From contig OX597815.1 in NCBI GenBank assembly GCA_951406725.2, positions 33,790,001 to 33,854,000 of the forward strand: a DNA stretch of 64,000 nt, written 5' to 3'. The notes under the pieces are model-generated. The model saw nothing but the letters and a program-made list of their open reading frames with translations, was not told the DNA's origin and did no database searches. Every line of letters begins with the position of its first letter. Position 1 is the first letter of the stretch. This document shows positions 1 through 12,471 of the stretch, piece by piece. The translations under genes and the position numbers were made by a program. The stretch is from Octopus vulgaris (taxonomy: Eukaryota).

Positions 1-120
1 TGCTTCCTAGCTACATGGTTTCGGGTTCAGTCCCACTGCGTGGCACTTTGGGTAGGTGTCTTCCACTATAGCCCCGAGCCGACCAGAGCTTTGTGATTGA
101 ATTCGGTAGGTGGAAGTTAT
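1..120 (+). mobile_element. SINE family A, partial
   Basis: Contains catggtttcgggttcagtcccactgcgtggcac, shared with the copies at 12.0, 31.1 and 63.3 kb. Confidence 0.8.
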
Positions 121-351
121 TGCCGTGTGTGTATGTGTGCGTATAGGCTGCTCAGTGCCTCTCCGAAAGAGAGAGAGAGAAATAAAAATAAAAACAACAG
201 TAATTCATTTCAGTAAATGTCAAAATTTGAAGACTCAACCAACCCATGCTCAAACAATAACTGAAGTAAAAAAAAATAACATAAACAAAAGGAAACAAAA
301 AAAAGGCAAAAAAGAAAAGGAAACCAAAAAATGTTTAGAAGTGATTATCAC

Positions 352-418
352 CTTCAGTTTCAGCTTCCTCTTCAGACTCTGATGATTCTTTTATGAATGG
401 GAGTTCTTTATCAATAAT
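352..418 (-). CDS. NME8: NME8/TXNDC3-like, coding exon 5 (IIDKELPFIKESSESEEEAETE, acidic linker); gene continues beyond the left edge
   Basis: AG acceptor at 420-419 and GT donor at 351-350. Phase 0 start matches the preceding exon. An acidic linker after the Trx domain is expected for this family. Splice sites are only moderately strong. Confidence 0.65.
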
Positions 419-1384
419 CTTGCAGATTTTTAAAACAAGAGCAGGAAACATGTGAATCATTACACAATATGAGGTATTGAGTAAATGTTAGTAGCTTGTA
501 AGAATATATTTTTATTCTGCATCGATGTCAGTAGAAGGAGAATTCAAGTTATACCCACACAATGTAGTCTCATTAGCATAACCTCCCACCCCATAAACAC
601 ACATGCACGCACACACACATACACATGCACACACACACACATGCAACTGATGATTTGTATGTGTCATGTATACACACACAAACAAATTATCAGTTAGTTG
701 TCCATATCTCAGAAATAGAAACACACTCATTTTAAGTAACAGAGCAGGTATATTTTTATATCATTAAGTAAAATATTGTGTGTTTCTTAAATGGCTTATA
801 AACACCTTCCACGATGCAATTGTTTTCGTTCCAGCACACGATCTCAGATCAGGTCACTTGCTATGCAAGTACATCTCCGTAAAATATTATTGTCTATGGC
901 ATATAACTGGCCAGAATGTTACTGTTGACTTAGAGCCAAATATTGCCACTAAACAATATTGACGTGTCTTCAGATATGCTGTCTATGAGCATAAAACTTC
1001 TTTTGCACAGAAGTGCATAGACTCTAGTTTGATTCAGTGGTGGCAAAAGGGTGGAACATAATCTAGTAAAAAATGTTATGGAGACAGGAAGAGTTATTCC
1101 CCATGGATTGGTGTTTGCCATGAGTGAAATGTGAAAGTTATGTATGTATTACTCTCCAGTCCCACATTGCATGGATATTTTAGAACAATTCTCTTCTCTG
1201 TCAAGCAGAGCCTGCATCTCCTGCTTCCATTAAGAATCAGCCTAGATCATTCTGGTAATCTCCATGTGATGTTATACAACATTGCACCCTTTTTTAATTA
1301 CCATGTATAGCAGTTTACATCTTTCCTGGGTTTGTGATTATTATAAAAGAGAGTCTGGGATTATTCAACCTGGCCTTAAAGGAG

Positions 1385-1810
1385 CTCTCCAGTGTTGTGA
1401 CCGGGTTGCTTCCTGCACCAGTTCCACATAGCCCCAGCCCATTCAAAGTACCTTGGATTTCAGAACAACACGCTGTGCTTGAGGAGACCTATTGAGTCAA
1501 GTACATGAACATCGAAATAAATATCAATGGAAATAGTAGTTGTGATACCTGTACCGGTGGCACGTAAAAAGCACCAACCGATCGTGGCCGCTACAAGCCT
1601 CTCCTGGCACCTGTGCCGGTGGAACGTAAAAAGCACCCACTACACTCACGGAGTGGTTGGTGTTAGGAAGGGCATCCAGCTGTAGAAACACTTCCAGATC
1701 AGACTGGAGCCTGGTGCAGCCTCCTGGCTTCCCAGACCCCGGTGGAACCGTCCAACCCATGCTAGCACGGAAAACAGATGTTAAACGATGATGATGATCA
1801 TCATCATCAT
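1385..1810 (+). mobile_element. SINE-like family C with (GAT)n tail
   Basis: ggaagggcatccagctgtagaaac...ccaacccatgctagca...gttaaacgatgatgat, repeated many times in the window. Confidence 0.8.
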
Positions 1811-2390
1811 CCTATTCATATTCGTCAAGGCTATTTTTGCTTTGTAGACCACAGCTTCTGCATTGCATTGACTATTCACAGGGAATTCACTGTAAACCCT
1901 GCATGAGCATCATGACTCTGTTTACAGTTTTGGAGTATTAACTGATACTTTTCTTTTCTATTAGGAGCACAGCTGAATGAGATCCTTTAGTTATGCTTAT
2001 TGAAAGGTTTCCTATATAATCCACTAATCTTAGGAAGATCTAATTCGTGTATGTTTTACGCATTAAATGAGGAAGTAGGGGAGGGGTGGAATCAGATGCT
2101 TGTGAGTGTTTATATGTGAACATGCATGAATATTGATATTCCATATTTGTCATCATTTGAGTGAAACAATGACAATGCTGGCATTCCTAGTTGATTTTAT
2201 GGTCACCCTTAAAGAGCTCTGGAGTAAACTCCTGTCTCAAATAATTCTTCATCTAACTCATATAGTAGAAAGAAAAAGTATATGTTAAATGAATGAAATA
2301 AACACACACACATGCACTCACACATACATACCTCTCTCTCTCTCTCTTTCTTGCTCTCTCTCTTTCTCGCTCTCTCTCTTTCTCTCTCTT

Positions 2391-2443
<53 letters not shown>

Positions 2444-2571
2444 TGCCACTAAGTGAAACTTGAAGTCACAGTTATCTACAATATGAATCATAAATTTGAC
2501 TCTAAATGTGTAGAGTGTCACCATGTTTGTTGATATCTATAATTTTTATAGATTAACAATTAACAGCAACA

Positions 2572-2619
<48 letters not shown>

Positions 2620-2733
2620 CAAAATGTCAGCCATAATAACATACATATATACAGTATAAAATTCAATGCATATAAGATAAGAATACAAGTAGTTATTAAA
2701 AAAAACATTAATATAAATTATTAAAATCATTAA

Positions 2734-2862
2734 AATCACTTACGGCTGTTTCAGCCTATGGAAAAAAAGTAACTTGTTGTGCCTATACATGTCAAATGTA
2801 TTCAGGTGGTAGGCAGTTAAAAATGAGGTACTTACATATATCTATAAGCCTCGTCAGAGATT
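2734..2862 (-). ncRNA. Type I hammerhead ribozyme-like motif with extended helix II (Penelope pLTR-type)
   Basis: Minus strand reads CUGACGA-GGCUUAU...AUAGGCU-GAAAC-AGCC-GUA, with an imperfect helix I (AAUCU/AGUGAUU). Confidence 0.65.
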
Positions 2863-2912
2863 ATAAAGTACAATCAAAATATAAATATATACATGAAACA
2901 AGATACACGCAC

Positions 2913-2946
<34 letters not shown>

Positions 2947-3187
2947 CATACATAAGCAAATATATACACATATACATGTACATAAATATATAAATAGACA
3001 TAATTAAACATACATACAAACATATAGACAATTAATTATATATATATACTGGAGTGTACATATACCTCCATATCTATGAGTACACATATAATATTTAATT
3101 ATTACTAATATTATTATGATTATTAATAATAATATTTTATAATATTTTATATATATATTTATATATATATATATATATATATATCAA

Positions 3188-3269
3188 GGCTGAAGATTGC
3201 TCAACATTTTAAAACAGATGTAATACTTACAATGTTTAATAAAATGATATAGCATGAAACGATCGTACC
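3188..3269 (+). ncRNA. Type I hammerhead ribozyme-like motif with long helix II and palindromic GAUC loop 3
   Basis: GG-CUGAAGA-UUGCU...AGCAU-GAAAC-GAUC-GUA-CC. Helix I is only 2 bp and lies next to a (TA)n tract. Confidence 0.65.
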
Positions 3270-3601
3270 AAATTACCGAAGATATACTTGTTGCTTATTT
3301 TGATTATATATCTATATATATATATTATATGTTTGCATTTTTGTTCTGACATAACTGAAATAACTTTAAGATATATGTATGGGAGGTGTAAGAAGTCAGA
3401 TCTAGCTAATTTGAATATAAAACAGGTAGAATATTCTGACTTGATATGGCCAGTTAAAATCCTAAAGGATTCAAATTTATGTCTTGGCTCCTTACACGGT
3501 ATGTTATTGGTGACATATTATGAACTATTAACAGTTTGTATGACAGTCAAAAGCATATAAACCAACTATGATTCTGTATAGATTAGTAAATTAACACAAA
3601 C

Positions 3602-3718
3602 CTTTACTCTGCGAGCTTCTCCATTCAGTACTTTGTGTTCTTGTGCCAACTCGGTGATAATGGTATGTTTTATCAATGGATATTGTGCTCCTCTTATAAC
3701 ATTTACCAACACTCCACC
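3602..3718 (-). CDS. NME8: NME8/TXNDC3-like, coding exon 4 (GGVLVNVIRGAQYPLIKHTIITELAQEHKVLNGEARRVK)
   Basis: TAG acceptor, GTTTGT donor, 117 nt open frame. Matches the C-terminal Trx-fold segment (G..V..I.GA..P) of NME8/NME9. Confidence 0.9.
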
Positions 3719-3989
3719 CTAACATAATAATTTGACATATTATATATTATACAAATAGTAACATCATATAATGTATATTATATATACATTAACATATCAT
3801 AACAGAGAAACATATCATAACAAATACTATATACATAGCTGTTTAGTTTTTCTGTATATATCCTGGTTTTAAACTAGGTATATCATGTCCCTGCATATTA
3901 TATGAAGTAACTAAAGGGTTGGCGATCAGAAGGATATCTGGTCTTCTTGTTAGACACCGCTAGGACAATTTTCATCCTCATCTCATACA

Positions 3990-4872
3990 CAAGGGGAAAC
4001 CCGAAAGAAACTGGAATTGTGCAATATTATTTGATTCACTTAGTTTTACACATTTACCATTTTATTGCCTTCAAAGTATTCTCCATTTGAAGCAATGCAT
4101 TGGTTCAGGTGTGTTTTCTACTATTCAAAATAGTGCTGGAACTAATGTGAAGTGATGCCTTTTAATGCCTCCATTTCTTTTTTTCACCTCTTTCACATCT
4201 ACAAATTTTGTAGCACCAGCTTTCATCACCAGTGATGATTTTCCAAAAAACAGTCCAGATCAACCTCCAACTATTCTTTCAGTTCACATCACACATTCAG
4301 TCATGACTGATTTTGATCTTTCTTGAGCAAGTGGGGCACAAATTTTGCTGCAACACTTCATTTGCAATTCTTCGCTCAAATTTCATTGGCAGGAGCACCA
4401 GGACACACCAGTCATATCAACAAGTTCATCAATTGTTCAGTGACAGTCCTCCAAGATCAGTTCATGAATTTTCATATTTTCATTTGTTCGAGAGGTCAAC
4501 AATCATCCTGAATGAGGTTGGTCTTCAAGCAACAAGTGACCATTCCTAGAGAGTGGAAATTACTCATAAACTTGTGTTTTGCTTGTGGTACCATTCTTGA
4601 GAGCTGTTTGAAGTATGACAACAGTTTCAGCCACTGTTTCCCCCAGCAGAAAACAGAATTTCAAGGAAGCACAGTGTTCCTTCATTTCAACCATTACAAA
4701 ATTGACATACAAGGAAAAAGCACTGCATGTGGCAGTACAAATTCACTTGAAGATGATGGTCAGCAGACTGATGCCTGTGGGTCACATCAAGTGGCTTCTA
4801 GTGGCAGAAGCCTGAACTACAATGAACTTGTCCGACTAAGAACATTTCTGGTTACTTTTGGGTACCTCCTTG
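3990..4872 (-). mobile_element. Degenerate, internally deleted mariner
   Basis: Imperfect TIRs (caaggggaaacccgaaag / cttttgggtacctccttg-TA). The minus strand encodes the C-terminal CIASNGEYFE and a FVPHLL-type linker remnant. Confidence 0.75.
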
Positions 4873-5100
4873 TATATTATGTTTTAAATACATCAAACCC
4901 TTAAGAAATGTTATTTCTGGAAGAATATCAAAGTAAATTTCCTTTTAATGATGTATTTATATTAAGTATGACACACAGTTGGCTATTTTGATTTAATACT
5001 ACTTCTACTACATATAACAGACAAAATTCAGATTATATTTGCCACATAGTTATAAAAAAAGAATAGAGCATATGCCTTGGGAGTGTCCCTCCATACTTAC

Positions 5101-5172
5101 AGCAAAGAAAAGGAAACAAGGTTTACACTTCCCCCTGTAGAGCACCAATGATTCAATTCTATCAGCTTTTGC
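5101..5172 (-). CDS. NME8: NME8/TXNDC3-like, coding exon 3 (AKADRIESLVLYRGKCKPCFLFFA)
   Basis: ttttcAG acceptor, GTAAGT donor, 72 nt, phase 0/0. Resembles the NME8 segment A.AD.I..L..R.KC.P.FLF. Confidence 0.92.
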
Positions 5173-5543
5173 CTGAAAACAATGACAGGAAATATATTAG
5201 TTATAAATTCTATGAAAATATTGAAATCTGTTAAACAGAAGGGATGTCAACTGAATTAGTATTTGTGATTATGTGAATATTGGGAAAGGAGACTTGGAAA
5301 CTCTTCAAGCTGCAACTATTAAGAACAGAGATTGAAATTGGTGAGATTAATGTAGTGTTAATGAAGTTGATGATTAATACATAATTTTCCAAAGAAAATA
5401 TAAATTCAACCAAAAGGTAAAAAACAAAATAAAGTTACAAAGTCTGTTTAATACTATAATATACATGAAATAAAAAAATATATATTCTCTATTTGCTCAT
5501 AGTAGGCTAGTTGAAAGTACATGCATATCTACATGAAAGCACA

Positions 5544-5897
5544 TTGGATGGAACCTACACTCGCCTCCTTATGAGAGCTCAAAATCTCTCGTGGAAGCAC
5601 CATCCAACCAAAATGCAAATATATGGGAAACTACCACCTGTGTCATCTCTTCTGAAAGGTAGGAGAGTCCAGTTTGCTGGACATTATCGTAGAGCTGAAA
5701 ACGAGGCAATTTCTACTCTTCTCCTCTGGAAGCCATCTACTCGCAACACCAGAGGGCGCGCACTCTCCTACCCTGATGTAATCTCCAGGGATACAGTCAT
5801 CCAGCAACAGGACCTCCGTAATGCCATGATGGACCGTGAAGTCTGGCGTAGCATGGTAAATTCCATTGTCTCGACCACGGTCGAACAATGATGATGA
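5544..5897 (+). mobile_element. RTE-like LINE 3' fragment with (TGA)n tail
   Basis: ORF LDGTYTRLLMRAQNLSW...RRVQFAGH...LLWKP...MMDREVWR. The same family occurs at 14.1-14.5 kb. Confidence 0.88.
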
Positions 5898-6838
5898 CAT
5901 TCATGTATGTGCATGTAATAAGTGTACAGGCATGCAAGTAATCTTCAGTAGACTTGTGCATACATATATGATGTTATAGTCCAGCTGACATGCATTTTCA
6001 ATGAAAGTAAACCAGAAATTGGTTAAATTAGGTGTACTATGTGAGTCCTAGTTACAGCAGATCAGCAGCTGCTGTTGGAGTGACTAATGTAGTCACTGCT
6101 TTTGTCATTCAAATATGCCTGTTGATATAATAGCACACTAATCACTGATTAGTTGAGAAAAATTAAGTCAGTTTATTTGATCACTAAATATAATTGTGGG
6201 TATCAGTTCACATTACTAGGATGTCACAAATATAATTTCCACTTTTTTTAGAAGAGATTCATGATGGTTTAAATATATAGAAATAAAGACAGTCTGACAG
6301 AGCATTGATCCTTAAAAAAGATCAACTATAATTTCATGTTTAGTGCACAACTTAGTGAGAGAAGTTGATGTTAGTATTGTTTAGCTCCAGCTCAGCTTTG
6401 ATTCAGCATATCTAGGATCAAAAGATTTATAGCAAAGACCATCTCATATTTTGTATCTCAATTTTGATTTTTATCAAACATTGTGAATCTAGGGCCATAT
6501 AATCTAATATGGCCCTTCTCTTTTAAGAAAGTAAGTGTGATTTGAGGAAAATTTAACTTATATTTATAGTAGTTAACTACATAGAGGTATTCTTTGTGAT
6601 TCATGAGGTGCAACTGTTGAAAGTTATCTCCAGCCAGTTGTAAAGAAAACAGTGCACTAGAAAAGTTTAAATTGCTGACATGACAGTAACATTTATTTTC
6701 CATACTAAAGGTTATTTTGGCATATGCCCAAAAATTTTAGTTGTCGATATGCAAGTAAATTAATTAAATAAATTAAATTAATTTCTCAGTGGCTTTAAAA
6801 TGTAGGATTTTCAATTGCTGATGGAAGCTAATAAACTA

Positions 6839-7100
6839 CAAGGTGCTCAAAAAGTCTCTCAGCAATAAGTATTTTATTGCGAAATAAATATGTATAAGAT
6901 GGTAAAAGACTATGAAAGAATATATTAGACTTTACAAGACTTTGAAATAACTTTATAAGAGGTGTTGAAAGTGTCATCCTTCATTTTCAGTACATAAGTT
7001 GACTCTTCTACACATGTTTTGAAATAAATCTTGGAGAGTTTGCCTCTTGCATGGTCAGGATGAAAAACATTCAATGTGGAGAGACTTTTTGAACACCCTG
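6839..7100. mobile_element. Tc1/mariner-type MITE
   Basis: TA-caaggtgctcaaaaagtctc ... gagactttttgaacaccctg-TA. Confidence 0.75.
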
Positions 7101-7834
7101 TAGAAATGGCATTGTCCAATTAAACCCTTTTTTACTATCATGAATAAAGCTGTATAATAAACATGATGTCCTTTATGACTGCTTCATATATCTAATAATT
7201 TCAATGAAAATATTTAATTTACAAATGCAGCAAACAGCTAAAATATTTGGGTACATTCCAAAATAATGTTTAGTATTAGGGAGGTAGTAAAAAAAAACAA
7301 AAAAACTGCAGTTGGAGTGTCATCCCTTAATATAGCAACCATGTCAGCATGAATGTTGCTGGGGGTTAAACCCTTTTTCTGTAGGTGTTTGTTAACACCA
7401 CAATGCCAAAATTTTGTCCATTTTCAAGAGAAGTCACTACTAGTTACTTCTGGAGTCTTCTTTGAACAGACAAATATCAGTTTATCTGGAAAGAGACAAT
7501 GCAAGATAAGAGGTGCTGACATGAGTACATGCAAAATTTCACAGTTCTAGCATTACTCCTTCATAGTCAGCCTATGAACCTTTCAGCCTACGTGCGCACA
7601 CGCGCGTGTGTGTGTGTGTGCTTCAGTTTTCTTGTGTTGACATCACAGGATTAATGTAAACGTTTGTTGTTCATTTCTAATATTTTGTGAAAACGTGTCT
7701 GGCCAGAGGAAAATGTTAGCTTGCATGGAAACAAATGAAGGTTGGCAATAGGAATGTCCATCCTGCTATAGAAAATTTGCCTCAATAAATGCTGTCTGAC
7801 CCATGCAAGCATGGGAAAGTTGTCATTAAAACAA

Positions 7835-7865
<31 letters not shown>

Positions 7866-8340
7866 GGTGGTGGTGATGATGGTTTAGAAGAAGAAGAAGA
7901 AGAAGAAGAAGAAGAAGAAGAAGAAGAAGAAGAAGGAGGAGGAGGAGGAGGAGGAGGAGGAGGAGGAAGAAGAAGAGGAGGAAGAGGAGGAGGAGGAGGA
8001 GGAGGAGAAGAAGAAGAAGAAGAAGAGGGTGTTGGTGGTGGTAGAGGAGGAGGGGAGTAGATGAGAAGGAGCAGAGAGGGGAAGAGGTGAGGGGAGAAGG
8101 GAAGAGGAGGAGGGGAGTAGATGAGAAGGAGCAGAGAGGGGAAGAGGGGAGGGGAGAAGGGAAGAGGAGGAGGGGAGAAGGAAGAAGAAGGAGGAGAAAG
8201 GAGGGGAGAAGTGACGTGGATGGGGGAGGCAGATGGGGGGTCTAGGAAAAAGGAGGAGGTGACAGAGACAGAAACAGTGGAAGAAGGGAGGAGGAGGCAG
8301 AGGAAAGAGGAGGAAGAGAAGAGGAGAAGGAAGAAGGAGA
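7835..8340 (+). repeat. Compound trinucleotide/polypurine repeat (GTT)(GGT)(GAA)(GGA), including a 60-bp tandem duplication at about 8044-8175
   Basis: Directly visible in the sequence. Confidence 0.95.
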
Positions 8341-8591
8341 GATACAGTCTAGAATGCTAGCTGTAGTAAATTCAAAAGTTTTAATCAGCTTTGCATAAGT
8401 AGGTCTATGAATGTATGAATGTAACAAATTAAATACTTTTTAGTGCAACCCATAGATCCTACATCCTTGGACTGTATAAGAATTTCAAGACTTCTTGATT
8501 TTAATAAAAAAAAATCAAAATAGCTTAAAAGCATGTTAAGGAAAATAAAATTAAAACACCAAAACATAAATGCAATATTAAATAACCTTAC

Positions 8592-8695
8592 CACAGCATA
8601 GCGCAATAAATCATCACTTAGTTCATTCCTCAGTTTCTTGAAGTTACTCACCAAAGACGAACAGGGACCAGCCCATTCTTGGTATACATCAATCA
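8592..8695 (-). CDS. NME8: NME8/TXNDC3-like, coding exon 2 (VIDVYQEWAGPCSSLVSNFKKLRNELSDDLLRYAV), thioredoxin active-site region
   Basis: ttccAG acceptor, GTAAGG donor, phase 1 start matching the upstream exon. VIDVYQ.W.GPC...FKKL.NE...DLL..AV is the TXNDC3/NME8 signature. Confidence 0.95.
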
Positions 8696-10439
8696 CTGGA
8701 AGGATTTGCAATCAATGTTTAATTAAAATAGTTGAAATAATGATCATGATGAAAATAATATCTTTATTTGTGAAGAAAACTCTTTAAAAATCAGGAAACT
8801 TTTAAGATTTTATACAAAAGAAATAGGTACAGGCATGGCTGTGTGGTAAGAAGTTTGCTTTCCAACCACATGGTTTCGTGTTCAGTCCCACTGTGTGGCA
8901 CCTTGGGCAGGTGTTTTCTACTATAACCCCACCAAGCTGACCAAAGCCTTGTGAACAGATATGGTAGACAGAAACTGAAAGTAGCTTGTTGTGTGTAGGT
9001 GTCTTTGCATATATTTGTGTCTACTTGACTTGACATCATATGACATCAGGTTATGGGGAAATATTTCCTTGCCTGGAAACAGGTGAGGACTAGTGGCAGG
9101 AAGGGCATGTGGTCTTAGAAAACCCACTATAATGAAGATGGTTAATGAGGGAAATGTGAAAATGATAGCTAACTTGAAATGAAATGAACAGGTAAGCAAT
9201 GATTTATTCTCTGTTATAAAATACGATGATTGCCATATGTGAAATGAAATAGCATAATAGGTTACAACAAGGATGTGTGAGAGACTTTGTGGTTAGGCTG
9301 GACTGTAGATCTTGTAGACATAGTTGACGTACTGTTTGGTGGTGTGTAGAGGCAGCCGTTGGTCTGTTGGTTGTGTGATGTTCATACAACAACGATGTAG
9401 GCAAGTATCTGGTAGAGATGAAAGCAGAGATTGGCTGGTGTCAGATACATCATTGCCGGAGAAGAGTTGTGTGTGGTCAGTGGCATGTGCCAAAGACGAA
9501 GAGCAGTTGAAAATTGTCATTCTTATTGAGATCAGTAGGCTCCTAGAGTTGTTGATTAATTTCCCACGTAAGGAAAAATGAACTGTTGTGGAAACTGTCA
9601 TGTGATCTGTTGGAATTAAAAGGGCTCATGGAGCTGATATCTGAGTATTTAAGCCTAGACGAGTCAAAACGAAAACATCTCACACATAGTGACCGTGTAA
9701 ATCACTTCCGCTACACCACCTCAATAAAATTCCATCCGATCTATGTAAGCATGGAAAAGTGGACATTAAACCGATAAGGATGATGTTGACGACGATTGTG
9801 ATGGTACTTATTTTATCAATTCTCAAAGGATGAAAGGCAAAGCCAACCCCAGTGGGATTTGAACTCAAAATGTAAAGAACTGGAAGAAATGCCACTAAGT
9901 ATTTTGTCTCTGATATGCTAATAGTTCTGCCAGCTTGCTGCAGGCAAAATGTATCAATATATATATTAATAATGTATTAAAAATACATTCTTAGGGATTT
10001 TTTTCTCCCACTTCCTTCAAATATATCACTTCTCATATATATTGCTGTCCAGTGACAAATTCAGATTTACAGAAAATCTTTGTCTAACCCAGTACCACCC
10101 CCATATGAATTTCATCCTCAAATTGGATCCATTAAGCTGTCAAATCTAAGAAGCTACTAATTCAATAAATCTGTCATTGACTCATGTCTTGTCAATATAA
10201 TAATTATTTCAATGTGGGAGAGTGGTTATTTTGATGTTCTTTGATTTTCTCTTCATTCATATTGCTTCCCTATGAACTTTGTACATGTTTAATGTCAGTC
10301 AGAAAAATTAATTCTTAACTTGTGTCAAGATAAACCCATGACAGGCAGTGGGGTGAGTAGTATCTGCAGTATAACAAGTCACTCTATAATCTTCAAGCCA
10401 ATATTTCCCATTCACGGCCACTTAGACCCTTTAAGGAAT

Positions 10440-11140
10440 AAAAGGGTAAAGACACCCTTCAATCGTGAATGACCATGGGATTGTACATAGAAAATTCCTG
10501 TCGGAGGCACAAGTCCAGGCAAAGTTGTTTATGGAAGACCAGCCGTCACCCATGCATACCAGCCTCTCCTCTCCATACTACAAATGTTATCCAAGGAAAA
10601 GGCAAAGGCTGATACAGCTTGGCAACAGTGATGTCACAACTCGTTTCTACAGCTAAGTGACCTGGAGCAATGTGAAATGAAGTGTCTTGCTCAAGAACAC
10701 AACACACAGCCTGGTCCAGGAATCAAACTCACAACCTCATTATTGTGAGTCCAATGCTCTAACCACTGAGCCATTCTTAACTACTTCACTAAATAGTATT
10801 TTAGAAACAAAAAAAAGTATTACATAGATCATAAACCTTTTGTCCGCCTCCCCTTCTCATCTTCCTCATCATCAGCAACCACTGGACATTACAGTCTTGA
10901 GTCCTAGGGCTCATAGGGTTGGTTATCTGGTTTCCATCATGTATAAATGGCTGAGATCATAACATATTCTTTGAACAAGGTGCCAGTCTGTCACAGGGTT
11001 GCTCATTTACTGCTTAGCGGACTGGAATAATGTGAAATGAAGTGTATTGCTCAAGAACACAACACAATACCTTGTCTGAGAATTGAAACCAGAGTCTTGT
11101 GACTGTGAGTGTAACACTCTAACCACTGAGCCATGTGCCT
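10440..11140 (-). mobile_element. Two adjacent tRNA-headed SINE copies
   Basis: Both end in tgtgaaatgaagtgt.ttgctcaagaacacaacac...ctctaaccactgagcc (reverse complement is the head ggctcagtggttagag). Confidence 0.7.
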
Positions 11141-11994
11141 TTACCCAGTTATTTCATTTTTGATAAACATACAACTGTTATGGTTACTATGAGAATCATA
11201 AAAAAAACCTAACTTATTTGTTGTCTTTATACATTCATAAACAGACAACTTGATAAAAGACCTTGCTATTGCTTTTTGTTCTGTTGTTTATTTTATTTAT
11301 TCTTTATAATGCATGTATAAAAAAAGGAATTTTTTTCATCCAAATCAAGAAAGCTTAAAAACTGTCATGCAATCTTAGGATACAGCAATTTAATGGGTTG
11401 TACTAAAGTATTTAATCTATCACCTTCATGCTGTAGATGTACTAATTCAAGTTCAAACATAGTAGATCATGGCTTTTGAATTGACTACAACAGGCATTCT
11501 AGATTGTATTTTATTTATTACTTAGAAGAACAGCAAGATCCATGGACCTTTTTAGGGTCTCTATAACAGGTAGGAGGAGAGGAGGAGATATTCTAGTAGA
11601 GATGATTACAGAGCCAAAATTATAATTTGGGAAGTGAAACTAGAAATTTAAAAAGAGTGGGCGGGGGGAATGAAATATTTTTTATATTAATTTAAATTCA
11701 GGTTGCTTTTTTGTTGGATTTCAGTTCAAGTTAAAATTCTTCAATTGCGTTTTTTTTTTTTCTTTTTTCAGTTTGATTTCTTTACCTCAATCTTCACAAT
11801 TTGGCTTATAAAACATTACAGTTTAATCAATGCGGAATTTCAAAATCTGAAAAAACTGAAAAAAATAGAGTGAAAGAATCTTCAAGTAGATCTATCTTTC
11901 TTGTCAAAAACATACACCAAGAAAACATGGTTGCTGATGTTATGAGAGCAAGTAGTCAACAGTTTACTAATGATGTAACATCATGCTCAATCGG

Positions 11995-12153
11995 TATAAC
12001 TGTGTGGTAAAAAGCTTGCTTCCCAACCACATGGTTCAGGGTTCAGTCCCACTGCATGGCACCTTGGGTAAATGTCTTCTACTATAGCCTTGGGCCAACC
12101 AAAGCCTTGTCAATGGATTTGGTAGATGGAAACTAAAAATGCTCGTCATATAT

Positions 12154-12234
<81 letters not shown>

Positions 12235-12471
12235 TATGTGTCTATGTATCTTTGTGTCTGTGTTTGTTCCCCAATCACCATTTAACAACCAATGTTTGTG
12301 TGTTTACTGCCCCATAACTTAGCAGTTCTGCAAAAGAGGCCAAAAGCATAAGCACTAGGCTTAAGAAATAAGTCCTGGGGTCAATTTTTTCAACTGGAAA
12401 CCCATCAATGTGGTGCTCCAGCATGGCTGCAGTCAAATGACTGAAACAAGTAAAAGAATAAAAGAATAAAA
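11995..12471 (+). mobile_element. SINE family A with an internal (GT)n expansion
   Basis: Head tgtgtggtaa...ggttcagtcccactg and tail aaatgactgaaacaagtaaaagaataaaag. Confidence 0.85.

Noticed and set aside
8121-8360. E/G/R/K-rich ORF
   Set aside because: Artefact of the polypurine repeat, and antisense within an NME8-like intron.
8670-8672. Selenocysteine or RNA-editing explanation for the altered Trx motif
   Set aside because: The codon is GCT, not TGA, and contains no editable A.
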